A stretch of 64,000 nucleotides of DNA from Minisyncoccota bacterium (GTDB lineage Bacteria > Patescibacteriota > Minisyncoccia > Phycocordibacterales > JAGLPS01), in the NCBI GenBank assembly GCA_023137185.1, contig JAGLPS010000006.1, forward strand, positions 683 to 64,682, in the 5' to 3' direction. A model generated the notes under the pieces. It had not been told where the DNA came from and did no database searches. It saw only the letters and a program-made list of their open reading frames with translations. A program made the position numbers and the translations under genes. The stretch's first letter is position 1. The number at the start of each line of letters is the position of its first letter. Shown piece after piece: positions 1-10,256 of the stretch.

Positions 1-331
1 TTGCTAAAGCTGTTAAGTAATCGACTCATAAAGTGATGTTGTAAAATGTGTTTCAAGTTCATAACACTGTAACCTGCCTACCGGCAGGCAGGCCTGTCTG
101 CGGTAGGCAGGCTTCTAACGGGATTTATCCTATTTATATTATACCCCCACACTCAGAATTGGTATAGTATTTTGTTGCCTAAACAATGCTACTTACAAAT
201 TTCAATAACGGTTGTAATTTTAATTTAAAACAACTTAATTCTAAAAATACTGTCTCCCTTCGGTCGTCCCTACGGGAGATGTTCCGTAGGGACACAACAA
301 TACCAATCTGAGTGATGGAGGGGTTATAAAA

Positions 332-559
332 TTATATATCCTCAATGCGAAGACGCTTGTTGGGACTTTTGTGTCCTGTAATAATACGTACCTGAAAAAC
401 AGGAATACGATACATTTTCGCAAAAATTTCCTGAACACGCCTATTAGCTTCATTTCGTTCGGCCTTTTCTTTAATTGAAACCGCAAACTTTCCTTTCGAC
501 AGTTTCTTTACCGTCTCTTTTCGAGCGCCGCTCTTTACCTGTACTCGTATTTCTGTCAT
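332..559 (-). CDS. DUF167 (YggU-like) family protein
   Basis: 75 aa with the IxVxVKxGA...vxikEkAErneAN...I.tGhkSpnK.l.I pattern typical of DUF167. Confidence 0.8.
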   Translation of the reverse strand: MTEIRVQVKSGARKETVKKLSKGKFAVSIKEKAERNEANRRVQEIFAKMYRIPVFQVRIITGHKSPNKRLRIEDI

Positions 560-564
560 AAAAT

Positions 565-1032
565 TTAGTTTCTTTTGTATAATCCTATAAGTTGAGCTTT
601 TTCAAGAATATGTTCCCCCATCGCTTTCTCCACCTCCTTTTTAGAAGCCCCGGGAAGAAGATCCAACTTTGAATCAAGTGCGTATAGTTTAAACAGATAA
701 CGATGGACGCCGCTTGGCGGGCATGGTCCATGGTAATTCGTATTACCTGCTGTACCAGTGCCGGAAATTCCTTCGGGTTCTTTCCCTTCTTCAATCACAT
801 TTATATCTGGAGAAATATTCCATTTTATCCAGTGATCCCACACGCCGATAGGAGCATCAGGGTCGTCCATAATCAATACGAGAGATCGTGTGTCCGCCGG
901 AACGTGCTCAATCCGAAGAGGTGGATTTATATTACTTCCGTCGCATGTATGCAGAAAAGGCATCAATTCGTCATCCGCAAAAGCCGGACTCGTAATAGAA
1001 AGAGCAGATGTAAAACTTTTTTCTGTATTCAT
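565..1032 (-). CDS. YbhB/YbcL family (PEBP/Raf kinase inhibitor-like) protein
   Basis: Motifs TCDG.NINPPL, MDDPDAP, WDHW, YHGPCPP.G.HRY.F.LYALD. Confidence 0.93.
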   Translation of the reverse strand: MNTEKSFTSALSITSPAFADDELMPFLHTCDGSNINPPLRIEHVPADTRSLVLIMDDPDAPIGVWDHWIKWNISPDINVIEEGKEPEGISGTGTAGNTNYHGPCPPSGVHRYLFKLYALDSKLDLLPGASKKEVEKAMGEHILEKAQLIGLYKRN

Positions 1033-1068
1033 ATACGTATCCTATCATACAGGTAATTACGAACGTAA

Positions 1069-1647
1069 TTACCTGTATTCACTAGTTTTGTATGTCGGCG
1101 GGTATTCTTTAACGCCTTTTTGAAAAGTTATTACCCTCGCGCAAGCATACAAAAGACTTGAGAGACGATTGAGATATTGCCGTGTGGTATCGGAAACCGC
1201 TTTAGGATGAGCCTTTGCATGAATTAAAACTTTTCGTTCAGCGTGGCGAGTAACGGCGCGGGCATAGTCAAACCACGCGCTTTCTTTGCTTTCTCCGGAC
1301 AATTTGAAGCTTTTTATCGGAGGCATTTCTTTTTCCATATCATCAATGAGCTTTTCCGCCTCATCAAGCACAGATTTTTTTACGCGCTTTGGCGCGCCCG
1401 CAAGTTCTGCCTGAATAACAAAAAGAGTATCCTGCGCAGCGCGAACAATCTCTGCCACAGATATTTTCTTTTTTCCGATTTTTATATACGTACTCTTGTT
1501 GTAAGCTCGACATAAGCCGAGCAGAGAATTAAGTTGGTCAATCTCGCCAAGTGCTTCGAATACCGTGTCCGTTTTGGAAATATGTTCACTCGGACTTGAA
1601 CAAAAAAGCCCTGATGTCCCTTTATCCCCTTTTTTTGTATAGAGCAT
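1069..1647 (-). CDS. pduO: ATP:cob(I)alamin adenosyltransferase, PduO type
   Basis: YTKKGDKGTS, EALGEIDQLNS, ARAVTRHAER and YLNRLSSLLY..AR motifs; start overlaps the nrdJ stop. Confidence 0.9.
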   Translation of the reverse strand: MLYTKKGDKGTSGLFCSSPSEHISKTDTVFEALGEIDQLNSLLGLCRAYNKSTYIKIGKKKISVAEIVRAAQDTLFVIQAELAGAPKRVKKSVLDEAEKLIDDMEKEMPPIKSFKLSGESKESAWFDYARAVTRHAERKVLIHAKAHPKAVSDTTRQYLNRLSSLLYACARVITFQKGVKEYPPTYKTSEYR

Positions 1648-3923
1648 TATGTGATTTCACAAAGTCCCGCAACGCAGGCAAGTTCTTTTTTAATGTCAGT
1701 CTCATCTTCTTTTTCATACGTAACTATCTTTGAAAAATCAAGATGAGCCACCTTTTTTGCAAACTCCTCGCACACTTCTTTGGATACCGCCTCATACGGC
1801 GCGAGTTTATAAACGTGATTGCTGCGAGGCAGAAAAGAAAGCCCCCCCGCCAAACTCCAGTTCTCATATACCCAGTTAGCTACCTCTATCCATTCATTAT
1901 CCCCGACAGAAATCGTTATTGACGGATTGTGTTCAGTAAAATGTTCTTTTACCATTTTCCAATGTTTTAACTGCTCAATCGCGCTTATGTCATCTTTGAA
2001 AACTCCCCCGCGAGGCGCCTTGACTGGAAATTCAAGCACGTAGGTTATGGCTGAATCCGCAGATTGTCCAACCTCCGGATGGTACGGAATACCCTGGTCG
2101 CGAAGCATTTTAAACAACGCATCGGTCGCCGAAATACGGACTCTTCTGATGTAATGGCGTGAATGCCGCGGATGCATACCTGAGGCCGAATCAACGAGCT
2201 GAGAAACTGTTCCTGATGGTTTGACGCACGTAATCGAAGCTGAAGCGGGAATTTTAAATTTCTTCGCATATTCTTTATTTACTTTCAGAGCTTCTTCCTT
2301 TATCTCCTTAAGAGCCTCCTCGTCGCGAATAGCAGGACAATCCCACTGACCAGTAATTGAAACTCCGAGAAGACGTTCTTCTTCGCAGTTTTTTTTCCAT
2401 TCCAGCGACAGATACGGGAAATTGGTAAGAGTTGACTGGTAGGTTCCAAGAATTACCGCAAGACGTGTTTTCCGCAAAAGTGATTCTTTCGTGTCATACG
2501 CTCTGGCAACCACTTCAGTAAGGTTGCAGAACTGCTTTGGTTTTAGAATAATTTCCCCGCACGGATTTGTCCCCCATTGGATATCTTTGTCTTTGTTTTT
2601 TTCCCAGCGCCGTTTCGGCATTGTTGTTTTTAAACTGCCCCGATTGAAAATCCCCCGCTCCCCTGAACCGCTTTTCGCAAGCGCAATCCATTCGTCCATA
2701 AAAACATCCGCTTCGGGTTTTTCGTTATACACCGCGGAATTGTTTGCCATTGAACGCTGCGGGTCGGTAAGATAAAATTGCCCTTTCTTTGCATCGCGCA
2801 TTTCAATATCATCAATATCGGAAAGCGAAATCAACGCGCTTCTTCGAACGCCGCCGGAAACAACGCATTCGCCAATTTTACAGATTATGTCGTGAGCATT
2901 GATGTTTGAGAGGCGGCGTCCTTGTTTTTTCAAAATTTTCTCACGGGTAAAGTCCAAAAGTTGACGCAAAGGTTCCGGTCCAGAACTTTTTCCTCCCATT
3001 GTTTTAAGCCTCGCGCCGGCAGGACGCAGTTGTGAGAGGTCAAAATCAACGTCCTCTCCTTCATACCACGCCTTCATTCCGTACGAGAGCGCGTCTGCCC
3101 ATCCCTCGCGGCTGTCATCTACAATAAACGTTTTTCTCTTGTTTTCTGTCTGCTTCTTAATCTGTGGAAGCGCTTGAACATTTTGGCTTTCGATTGAAAA
3201 ACCTACTCCTGCCCCGCACATCAAAAGATATACGATTTCAGCAAAATCTTGAATCGCTTTGGGTGCTGTATACGAACAATTGTACACGCAGACATTCGTT
3301 TTGCGCGCCGCGTTTCCCGCAAATTGCATCAAACGCATTGAGGGCATAATATCTTGTTTCAAAATCGCCTGTCGCACTTCCTCGTATTCTTCTTCTGAAA
3401 GTTTCGCGCCCAAATTCTCCTTCATAAAATCAATATACCTGCCAACTGTCTCAATCCATGTCTCCCGCCGTCCCTCTTTCTCTATCCAACGAGCATAAGT
3501 GCGAAAGAAAATGAATTCTGAAAGCGGGTTTTTGAAATATTTTTTGCTCGCGCTGACAAGTTTACGCACTTTTTCTGGCACAGCGCCAAATTCACGGCGG
3601 ATTTCAGCCCTTTTTTCACGATACAAAATATAAGCCTTTGCTGTCTTCGCGTATTCTTGGAAAATAAGTTCTTCCTCAACCAAATCCTGAATCATCTCAA
3701 CATTAGGGGTAAATTCTTTAAGTTTGTTGACTTTTTTTATTTTTACAAGGTCACGAAAGATGTTTTCAGAAATTTTTTTTGCCTCCTTCTCTCCTCCTTC
3801 ATTTGTGGCAGAAAACGCTCGCACTACGGCATTGTAAATTTTAGAGACATCAAATTTCACGACTTCTCCGTCTCGCTTACGGATAACGGGAACCTTTTTA
3901 AAATCTTCAGGGGGAAGAGTCAT
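1647..3923 (-). CDS. nrdJ: Adenosylcobalamin-dependent (class II) ribonucleotide reductase with N-terminal ATP-cone
   Basis: ATP-cone (VIRKRDG..VKFD.SKI), YNCSY, GGVRRSALI, GTNPCGEI thiyl cysteine, TCVKPSGT, C-terminal CxxxxCE. Confidence 0.93.
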   Translation of the reverse strand: MTLPPEDFKKVPVIRKRDGEVVKFDVSKIYNAVVRAFSATNEGGEKEAKKISENIFRDLVKIKKVNKLKEFTPNVEMIQDLVEEELIFQEYAKTAKAYILYREKRAEIRREFGAVPEKVRKLVSASKKYFKNPLSEFIFFRTYARWIEKEGRRETWIETVGRYIDFMKENLGAKLSEEEYEEVRQAILKQDIMPSMRLMQFAGNAARKTNVCVYNCSYTAPKAIQDFAEIVYLLMCGAGVGFSIESQNVQALPQIKKQTENKRKTFIVDDSREGWADALSYGMKAWYEGEDVDFDLSQLRPAGARLKTMGGKSSGPEPLRQLLDFTREKILKKQGRRLSNINAHDIICKIGECVVSGGVRRSALISLSDIDDIEMRDAKKGQFYLTDPQRSMANNSAVYNEKPEADVFMDEWIALAKSGSGERGIFNRGSLKTTMPKRRWEKNKDKDIQWGTNPCGEIILKPKQFCNLTEVVARAYDTKESLLRKTRLAVILGTYQSTLTNFPYLSLEWKKNCEEERLLGVSITGQWDCPAIRDEEALKEIKEEALKVNKEYAKKFKIPASASITCVKPSGTVSQLVDSASGMHPRHSRHYIRRVRISATDALFKMLRDQGIPYHPEVGQSADSAITYVLEFPVKAPRGGVFKDDISAIEQLKHWKMVKEHFTEHNPSITISVGDNEWIEVANWVYENWSLAGGLSFLPRSNHVYKLAPYEAVSKEVCEEFAKKVAHLDFSKIVTYEKEDETDIKKELACVAGLCEIT

Positions 3924-4145
3924 AGTATGAATATATTATATACTGATAATTTTTCTTTAAGTTGTTTTGAAAATTGTCTGACAAATTGACTGAATCTCAA
4001 ACCTGAAATTTACGGCTACCCCACGGCAAAGCATCGGAAGTAAGTACGCCAAATACAAACGCCACCCAAGAAAAAATTTAAAAAAGTTTTCTCTTGAGGG
4101 GGCATTTTTAAGGAGGTCTTTCATAGAGAAGTAATAAAGTTTAAC

Positions 4146-4258
4146 CTCGTCCTATCCCAGCAGCACTTCGGCAAGCTCTCAGTGCAAACCACCTCGGCAG
4201 GATATATAGGCGAGGCATCAGGTAAACTTTGTTGTATATGTGTCGGCTCCGCCGACAC
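4146..4258 (+). repeat. Dispersed mosaic palindromic repeat; inverted copy at 12832-13076
   Basis: CCTCGTCCTAT...ACCTCGGC...AGGCGAGGCATC.G..AAACTTTGTTGTA...GTGTCGGCTCCGCCGAC is shared with the reverse complement of 12832-13076. Confidence 0.75.
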
Positions 4259-4542
4259 ATATCACTTTTGCGGATTCATCCTCGAGGCTCTGCCTCGGGG
4301 ATGAATCCGCAATCACAATAAATAATTTTACTCCTTGTTAGCAATAAGAACAATCATTTTTCTGTGGAAAACTCATAAAAAAATCAGTTGTGCGTCATTT
4401 TTTAAAGCGCGTCCAGAATGTGGAAAAAAATAGCTTGATATAGTTTGATATTCTGAAAAAAAATTTTGCGACACTTAGAGTTTTGAATAAAATACCCCGC
4501 TAGCAGCTAGCGGGGGCATTTTAGAGTTCACGTGGAAGTAAC

Positions 4543-4576
4543 CACTTGGAAGCTCGGCTTCCAAGTGTGGTGTAAT
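4543..4576. repeat. REP-like palindrome TTGGAAGCTCGGCTTCCAA with GTGGTGTAAT tail (family of about 9 loci)
   Basis: Other copies near 5509-5569, 10126-10185, 37732-37778, 41775-41921, 46766-46857, 52948-52970 and 53673-53719. Confidence 0.85.
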
Positions 4577-4677
4577 GTGCATACTATCCGCATCATTTGG
4601 CTTTTTGTAATGTTGTGATAAGGTTTGACTTATACAAGCAGTTCTTTGAAGTTAACAAATCAAAAAGGAGGTGAGAG

Positions 4678-5442
4678 ATGGAGAAAAAAAGGTTAAAAAT
4701 TTTTATTTCCTGCGCTTTAGGAGCAGGAATAGGAACAATCGTAGCATTGGGAGTTGACCAATATTTTTGCTGGATAGGATTTTTCGTGGGAGGGCTTGTA
4801 GGTTATTTATCCTATGAGTTCAATACTGTTATTGAAGCAAGCCAAAAAACTTGGCGTAAAGTAACTGAATGGAAACCGGACAAAGAATTATGGAGATTAA
4901 AATTTGAGCTTGCGTGGTGGCAATTTTGCATGATAATAACATTCGCCACATTAACAATGCTAATCTCTTTTATCGTTTTTTGTTTGGTTACACCTTTGGA
5001 GATGATAAAACTTTTTCTACTCACTATGATTATTTGGGGAATGATAATTTTAATGTTTACTGTTTTTATTATCATTCCAAACCTATTTGTAGAAAGCAAA
5101 AAATCTTATACTATTGATGAAATTAATAACATTAAAAAGCTTAATCCTTTTAACGTCTATTGTTGCTGTTTGCCTAAAAGATTTTGGTGGTACTTGAAAA
5201 AAACACCGACTGCCGCAATATGGATATGGTATTGTCGTATCGCCGCGGCAAAATTCGTCAAAACGGTTTTTGTTTTGATCCATTCTGACATCCGTTTACT
5301 GTGCGGAACTGACGCGGCAATTGGAGCCGTAATAGGATATTTCACAGGCAATGTTATTATAGGAATACTTGCCGGCGGAATAATCGGAGTTGTAAATTAC
5401 GAACTCATCTCCAAGCGTTTTTTACGTCTCGAGCGTACATAA
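4678..5442 (+). CDS. Hypothetical multi-pass membrane protein
   Basis: Strong GGAGGTG RBS, several Gly-rich hydrophobic helices, downstream terminator. Confidence 0.75.
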   Translation: MEKKRLKIFISCALGAGIGTIVALGVDQYFCWIGFFVGGLVGYLSYEFNTVIEASQKTWRKVTEWKPDKELWRLKFELAWWQFCMIITFATLTMLISFIVFCLVTPLEMIKLFLLTMIIWGMIILMFTVFIIIPNLFVESKKSYTIDEINNIKKLNPFNVYCCCLPKRFWWYLKKTPTAAIWIWYCRIAAAKFVKTVFVLIHSDIRLLCGTDAAIGAVIGYFTGNVIIGILAGGIIGVVNYELISKRFLRLERT

Positions 5443-5452
5443 CAAAAAAAAC

Positions 5453-5502
5453 AAAAGCCAGCGATTTATTTAGATAAAAAAATCTAAAGCTCGCTGGCTT
5501 TT
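5453..5502 (+). terminator. Intrinsic terminator
   Basis: AAAAGCCAGCGA...TCGCTGGCTTTT stem directly after the stop codon. Confidence 0.65.
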
Positions 5503-5612
5503 TCTTTAACTTGGAAGCTCTAACTTGGAAGCTCGGCTTCCAAGTGGGAGCCTTAAAACGTGGTGTAATTTGTAATTTATAAAATTACTATTTTTTAATT
5601 ATATACAAAAAA

Positions 5613-5637
5613 AAGACCCGTATAAATAACGGGTCTT
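5613..5637 (-). terminator. Intrinsic terminator
   Basis: AAGACCCGT/ACGGGTCTT hairpin followed by a T-run on the minus strand. Confidence 0.65.
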
Positions 5638-5745
5638 CAAGATAATTAAGGAGCTAGCCATCCTATTTTTTTCATAAAAGAGCTGATTTCACAAGACGAC
5701 ATAAAACAGGCCACTCCGTCCATCCCTCGCCCCGTGCCCAAATTA

Positions 5746-6027
5746 TTAAGGGCAAAAGGGCGAGGTATTGGCGGAGCGGCACCATGGCTGTTTTTTTGGA
5801 AGAAGAAGCAGCCTCCGCCGCTCCAAATCCATTTGTCTCTCATCCCGGCAGCAGAGCTGCGGGGATGAGAGACACCCAATAAAAAGAGGTGCCAATCCAC
5901 AGCGCGCGCACAACTCGCGCACATCCTCTTTTTTTCTTTTACCTTCAATGAGCTCAAGGAAGTCGCCCGCTTTTACATAACCGAAACATCGGTTTATTTC
6001 TGTACCACACTTATAGCATTTTCTCAC
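5746..6027 (-). CDS. Small Cys-rich hypothetical protein (CxxC...CxxC)
   Basis: Probable GTG start with AGGAG RBS inside the pyrE 3' end; CYKC and CARC motifs; 3' part uncertain because of an overlapping ORF at 5646-5957. Confidence 0.4.
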   Translation of the reverse strand: MRKCYKCGTEINRCFGYVKAGDFLELIEGKRKKEDVRELCARCGLAPLFIGCLSSPQLCCRDERQMDLERRRLLLLPKKQPWCRSANTSPFCP

Positions 6028-6658
6028 TTTTTTCTCCTCTCTGAGCAAGGTACTCGCGGCCATGACCAACTTCCGTGTTTATTGGAATACCTTTTTTGCA
6101 CATCGGGCACTCAAATTCAAGCCATACTTCCAAATTCATATTCACAAGAGAGAAAAGTGTGGGTACGTCAGCTAGCTTTTTCGCGGTAACTCCTCCGCGG
6201 TTGCACAGTGCGCCAACTCCAATAACTTCGCCTCCGGCAAAACGAGTCGCCACGACAACTTTCCGTGCTGATTCTCCCGTGGTTAGCACATCCTCGAGCA
6301 CAAGCACTCTGCTTCCTTCAACAAACCTGTCATAGCCTCTTTTAATGACAAAAAAATTATTTTCTTTTTCTGCATACACCGCAGAAACTTTCTTACCTGT
6401 AAAAGTAGTCAGGTAATATGCAACCCACTGTGAGAGAATTACGCCGCCAATAGCTGGAGCAATAACTGTCTTTACTTTCTCGTCTTGAAATTTTCTTGCA
6501 AGAATTCGGCACAATGTGGATATTCTTATGGTATCCGCATACAACATATCCTTGTTTATATATGAAGCGCTGTGTTTACCTCCTTTGCAAACAATGTGAC
6601 TGTCCGTGATAATTGCTCCAACCTGCCTGAGTATCTCCAGTATCTGATCTGCGTTCAT
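6011..6658 (-). CDS. pyrE: Orotate phosphoribosyltransferase
   Basis: G.HS..YINKD, PAIGG, PRPP-binding VLVLEDVLTTGES, C-terminal CPMC. Confidence 0.85.
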   Translation of the reverse strand: MNADQILEILRQVGAIITDSHIVCKGGKHSASYINKDMLYADTIRISTLCRILARKFQDEKVKTVIAPAIGGVILSQWVAYYLTTFTGKKVSAVYAEKENNFFVIKRGYDRFVEGSRVLVLEDVLTTGESARKVVVATRFAGGEVIGVGALCNRGGVTAKKLADVPTLFSLVNMNLEVWLEFECPMCKKGIPINTEVGHGREYLAQRGEKSEKML

Positions 6659-6772
6659 TTCAAATCTCCTTTCTGTCTAAAATATGTGTAAGGATTCAAA
6701 TTTTGAAGAACTTATTTGGTGGACAGTTTACCTGAAAGAGTAAATTTTAGCAAGATTTTTTGCAGTAATTAA

Positions 6773-7777
6773 CTAATCAAAAATAGAAACTAGATACTCG
6801 TCTATTTCCCGTTGTTCCAAATCATAAAAATGCTTCCCTGTACTGTGAATGTCTGTCGCTAACTTCACACCGACAAATCTCCAATGCCACGGCTCAAATA
6901 TGTAGTAGCTGTTGTTGTCAGGGTACGAAAGAATAAATCCGTAACGGTGAGCATTTTGAAGAAGCCATTGATAGGCAGACGTCTCATCAAAGCCATCAAG
7001 TGTACCTCCAATACCCGTGGTAATAATATCCACTGCTGTCCCAAGTTGATGTTCCGAATACCCTTGGTCTGCGGAAAACTGGTTCGCAGTCCCCTCCCCA
7101 TAGGTAACGGCATACTGCTCCTTGAGCGCCTCTTGTTCATCAAAAGAGCGGTATGCTGAAAAGATATAAAGCTCAACGCCGCTTTGTTTTGCCTGATTGA
7201 GCATTGTTTGCAAATATGGCCACACTTGAGAATGAATTTTGGAGTGTTTATTTTCGTAGTACTCGTATTCGTCGGGAATCTCTGTAAGGCGCTCTGGCGC
7301 GTAGTGCTCATTGAGAAAAAACACTTTTGAATATTTTTGCAAAAACTCGGGGTCAGTCTTGCTTAATTTTTCCAAAGTCGTTACTGTTCCAGAAATCGCC
7401 CCGACTTCCTGCTCAAAACTTCCGAGCTGTTGCTGTAACGCTCCGACATTCTGTTTCTCTTTATTAAGTTCGCTAGAAAGGGAACTGTGCGTTTCCGCGA
7501 TATTTCCTTTAAGAAGTTCGGTAGTTGACGCAAGTTTTGTCTCAAGAAAAGCAATTTGTCCAGAAAGCGAAGAAATCTGCTCGGAAAAAGCAGTGATATA
7601 TTTATGTCCGTACCAAAAACCAAAACCGACTAGCAAAACAACTAGCGTAAAGGCTCCTGCCACTACCCAATAGTGAGGCGGAACATCTTTTATTGGATGC
7701 CTCTCTGGGGTATGGGTAGACGAAGTGGCCTGTTTTATTGATTTCTCCTCCTTTGTCATCATATGAGTTTTGTTCAC
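6773..7777 (-). CDS. Membrane-anchored M15B (VanY-like) D-Ala-D-Ala carboxypeptidase
   Basis: TM helix and coiled coil, then SAYRS, SEHQLGTAVD and EPWHWRFVG motifs. Confidence 0.9.
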   Translation of the reverse strand: MNKTHMMTKEEKSIKQATSSTHTPERHPIKDVPPHYWVVAGAFTLVVLLVGFGFWYGHKYITAFSEQISSLSGQIAFLETKLASTTELLKGNIAETHSSLSSELNKEKQNVGALQQQLGSFEQEVGAISGTVTTLEKLSKTDPEFLQKYSKVFFLNEHYAPERLTEIPDEYEYYENKHSKIHSQVWPYLQTMLNQAKQSGVELYIFSAYRSFDEQEALKEQYAVTYGEGTANQFSADQGYSEHQLGTAVDIITTGIGGTLDGFDETSAYQWLLQNAHRYGFILSYPDNNSYYIFEPWHWRFVGVKLATDIHSTGKHFYDLEQREIDEYLVSIFD

Positions 7778-7902
7778 TATATAAGAGTATTATACCCCTA
7801 ACTAGAGTTAAGTGAAAAAAGTTAAATCTGACTTTGAGAAACACCAACAGATATTGGAATCGCCCTCACCTCTTAACTATGCTAATTTGATAGAATATAT
7901 AT

Positions 7903-8994
7903 ATGCGCGCCGTATTAATATCTTTTTTATCTCTTGTTCTAATGTGCCCTATTTCGGCGCAAGGATTTTACCAAGATACTCAGATAGTATGGCGGGCTGA
8001 AGTAGTAAAGGTCACCGATATAAAGACGATCATCGTACCGGGCACAAATGTCAAAAATCCCGTACAAACATTAACGGCAAAGCTGCTCAACGGGGAACAA
8101 GAGGGGGAAACTGTCATCTTTGAAAATGATTACATTCAACTTGAAAAAGGAGACAAATTTTATCTCAACTACTCAACTACTATCAATGGCCAAGAATTAT
8201 ATTCGGTTCGTGAAGTGGACAGGCGTGGCTCAATAGCGCTCATTGCGGCTATCTTTGTGGCAACAATTCTACTATTTGGAGGTATGCAAGGGTTTCGATC
8301 ATTGCTTTCGCTTGCGGGAAGTCTCTTGGTAATTGTGTATGTGCTAGTGCCAACGTTGGTTAAAGGATACGCCCCTATTCCGATAAGTATCGCTGTCGCG
8401 TCAGCTGTTCTGTTCTGCGCCATTTTTTTTACTCACGGTTTTAATCGCAGGTCAGCTGTTGCGTTTCTCGGAACAATTATCGCCGTTGGAATCACAGGAC
8501 TGCTGGCATACGTTTCAATAGACTCAACAGGGTTGACCGGCTTTGCAAGCGATGAGAGCGTGTATCTAAATTTGAATACTGGCGGGCAATTGGATTTCGT
8601 AGGACTCTTACTCGCGGGAATTATCATCGGCGCTCTTGGAGTTCTGGATGACATCGCAATTACACAAGTCGCAGTTGTGCGCGAACTTTTTGAAGCCGGC
8701 AAACACTTCACAAAATGGGACGTATATAAAAAAGCAATCCGTGTCGGAAGGGAGCACGTAGGAGCGCTTGTAAACACGCTCGTGCTTGCTTACACAGGAG
8801 CGGCGCTTCCCCTTCTTCTCTTATTCTCGCTTTCAGATAGTGGAACACTATCAATTATAAATAGAGAGATATTCGCAACTGAAATTGTCCGCTCACTTGT
8901 CGGAAGCATCGGCCTTGTGCTTGCGGTACCGATTACCACACTGCTTGCCGTATTCTTATTACACAACCATTCTCACAAAGAAATGGGTTCTTAG
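7903..8994 (+). CDS. YibE/F family membrane protein
   Basis: GIIIGALGVLDD, VGREH.GALVNTLVLAY.G and EIVRSLVGSIGL..AVP.TT motifs. Confidence 0.9.
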   Translation: MRAVLISFLSLVLMCPISAQGFYQDTQIVWRAEVVKVTDIKTIIVPGTNVKNPVQTLTAKLLNGEQEGETVIFENDYIQLEKGDKFYLNYSTTINGQELYSVREVDRRGSIALIAAIFVATILLFGGMQGFRSLLSLAGSLLVIVYVLVPTLVKGYAPIPISIAVASAVLFCAIFFTHGFNRRSAVAFLGTIIAVGITGLLAYVSIDSTGLTGFASDESVYLNLNTGGQLDFVGLLLAGIIIGALGVLDDIAITQVAVVRELFEAGKHFTKWDVYKKAIRVGREHVGALVNTLVLAYTGAALPLLLLFSLSDSGTLSIINREIFATEIVRSLVGSIGLVLAVPITTLLAVFLLHNHSHKEMGS

Positions 8995-9099
8995 AAATGC
9001 CTTCATTCATACGCGCGCTGCTAACTTTCACTTTATAGCAAGTAATCGAAACGCGCAGACTATTGTAGTTAGATGTTAAATTAAGAGCAAGGCTTGCTC

Positions 9100-9543
9100 T
9101 TAAAGCCCTAAAATTTGAATCTGAATTTTTCTTTTTCTCAACTGGTCCAACTCAACAAGTAAAACTCTCTGCCATTGACCCAATTGAAGCATTCCCTCAA
9201 TCAAATTCAAAGTGGTGTTCACTAATAAACGAATTGCCTTGCAATGCGAATGGCCGTTAACACATTCCCCCTCGCAAACATTGACTGTCCGTTTGGTAAA
9301 ATCATCGTGCCGATAATTCGCGGTTTTAGAAGCAACCGCCTCCAAATTATCTTTAATATCCTCAATAAGCAGAGGTTCGTTTTCATTTACAATAAGAGCA
9401 GCCGAAGTGTGCAAAATCTGAATATTTATAAGTCCATTTTTAATTTGGCTTTCTTTAACAAAAGTTTTTATTTTGTCGGTTATATCAATAAAATCAAACA
9501 GACCTTTAGTTTGAAATTCGATTGTTTTGTTTAAAATTTTCAT
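9100..9543 (-). CDS. yjbQ: YjbQ/UPF0047 family (secondary thiamine-phosphate synthase)
   Basis: HTSAAL.VNE.E, NGHSH and LGQWQ.V...ELD motifs. Confidence 0.88.
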   Translation of the reverse strand: MKILNKTIEFQTKGLFDFIDITDKIKTFVKESQIKNGLINIQILHTSAALIVNENEPLLIEDIKDNLEAVASKTANYRHDDFTKRTVNVCEGECVNGHSHCKAIRLLVNTTLNLIEGMLQLGQWQRVLLVELDQLRKRKIQIQILGL

Positions 9544-9660
9544 AATTCAAATTCAGATTAGTTGTATTTTTTAAATAATAACACAATTTTTATGAATAGC
9601 GTTATTCAAACAACAAAATACTACGCGAAAACAGGCGCGGAGACAGATGGCACTTGTAAA

Positions 9661-9688
9661 AAAGACCCTCCTAAGGCGGAGGGTCTTT
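9661..9688 (-). terminator. Intrinsic terminator
   Basis: AAAGACCCTCC/GGAGGGTCTTT hairpin. Confidence 0.7.
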
Positions 9689-9701
9689 GTTTGATTATAC
9701 A

Positions 9702-10028
9702 TTAAACACGTGATCCATCGGGGCGGATGTTAAACCATTCATCGTTTTTCTCAACTACTGCCAAACCATTGGAGAAGCAGCCGACAATCCCATATCGCTC
9801 TACATAAGCCGGTCTGCCATCTGGATGAATGTGGAAGCATTCACCATTCTTTTCGACCCACGCCAAGCCTCTAGTGAAATGGCCGACATCGTTATATCGT
9901 TCTTCGTAAGCCTGTTTGCCATCTGGATGAACGTGGAACCATTTGCCATTTTTCCTAACCCGCGCGAGACCTTCAAAGAAATGGTCAACGTAGTCATACA
10001 TTTTCAGTAGTTCTTTTTTGATTTTCAT
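9702..10028 (-). CDS. WG-repeat (KWG-like) protein
   Basis: Three ~35-aa repeats Y..V..F..GLA.V.KNG.WFH..PDG. Confidence 0.8.
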   Translation of the reverse strand: MKIKKELLKMYDYVDHFFEGLARVRKNGKWFHVHPDGKQAYEERYNDVGHFTRGLAWVEKNGECFHIHPDGRPAYVERYGIVGCFSNGLAVVEKNDEWFNIRPDGSRV

Positions 10029-10211
10029 TTAAAATCTTTCCTTTCGTTAGTTCCTGCCTATTTATGTAAACGAACTGTGATTCCTTTTAGGTAGTAACAT
10101 AAAAATAACAAAAAGCCAAATGGGTTTGGAAGCCGTAAACTTGGAAGCTCGGCTTCCAAATGAAAGTTCCAAAATGTGGTGTAATTTTTTCTGTACACAA
10201 ACCCATACACA

Positions 10212-10244
10212 AAACACCCCCGCCAACTGTTGGCGGGGGTGTTT
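10212..10244 (-). terminator. Terminator after the cold-shock gene
   Basis: 16-bp stem AAACACCCCCGCCAAC/GTTGGCGGGGGTGTTT. Confidence 0.7.
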
Positions 10245-10256
10245 CTGCATTGCGAT

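Noticed and set aside
1647-3923. Intein or intron in nrdJ (also checked dnaG, rpoC and rpoB)
   Set aside because: Lengths are ordinary and conserved motifs are contiguous, with no splicing signatures.
3924-4677. Cobalamin riboswitch upstream of nrdJ
   Set aside because: I could not find the B12-box or core riboswitch motifs by eye; the hairpins here belong to dispersed repeat families. An Rfam scan would settle it.
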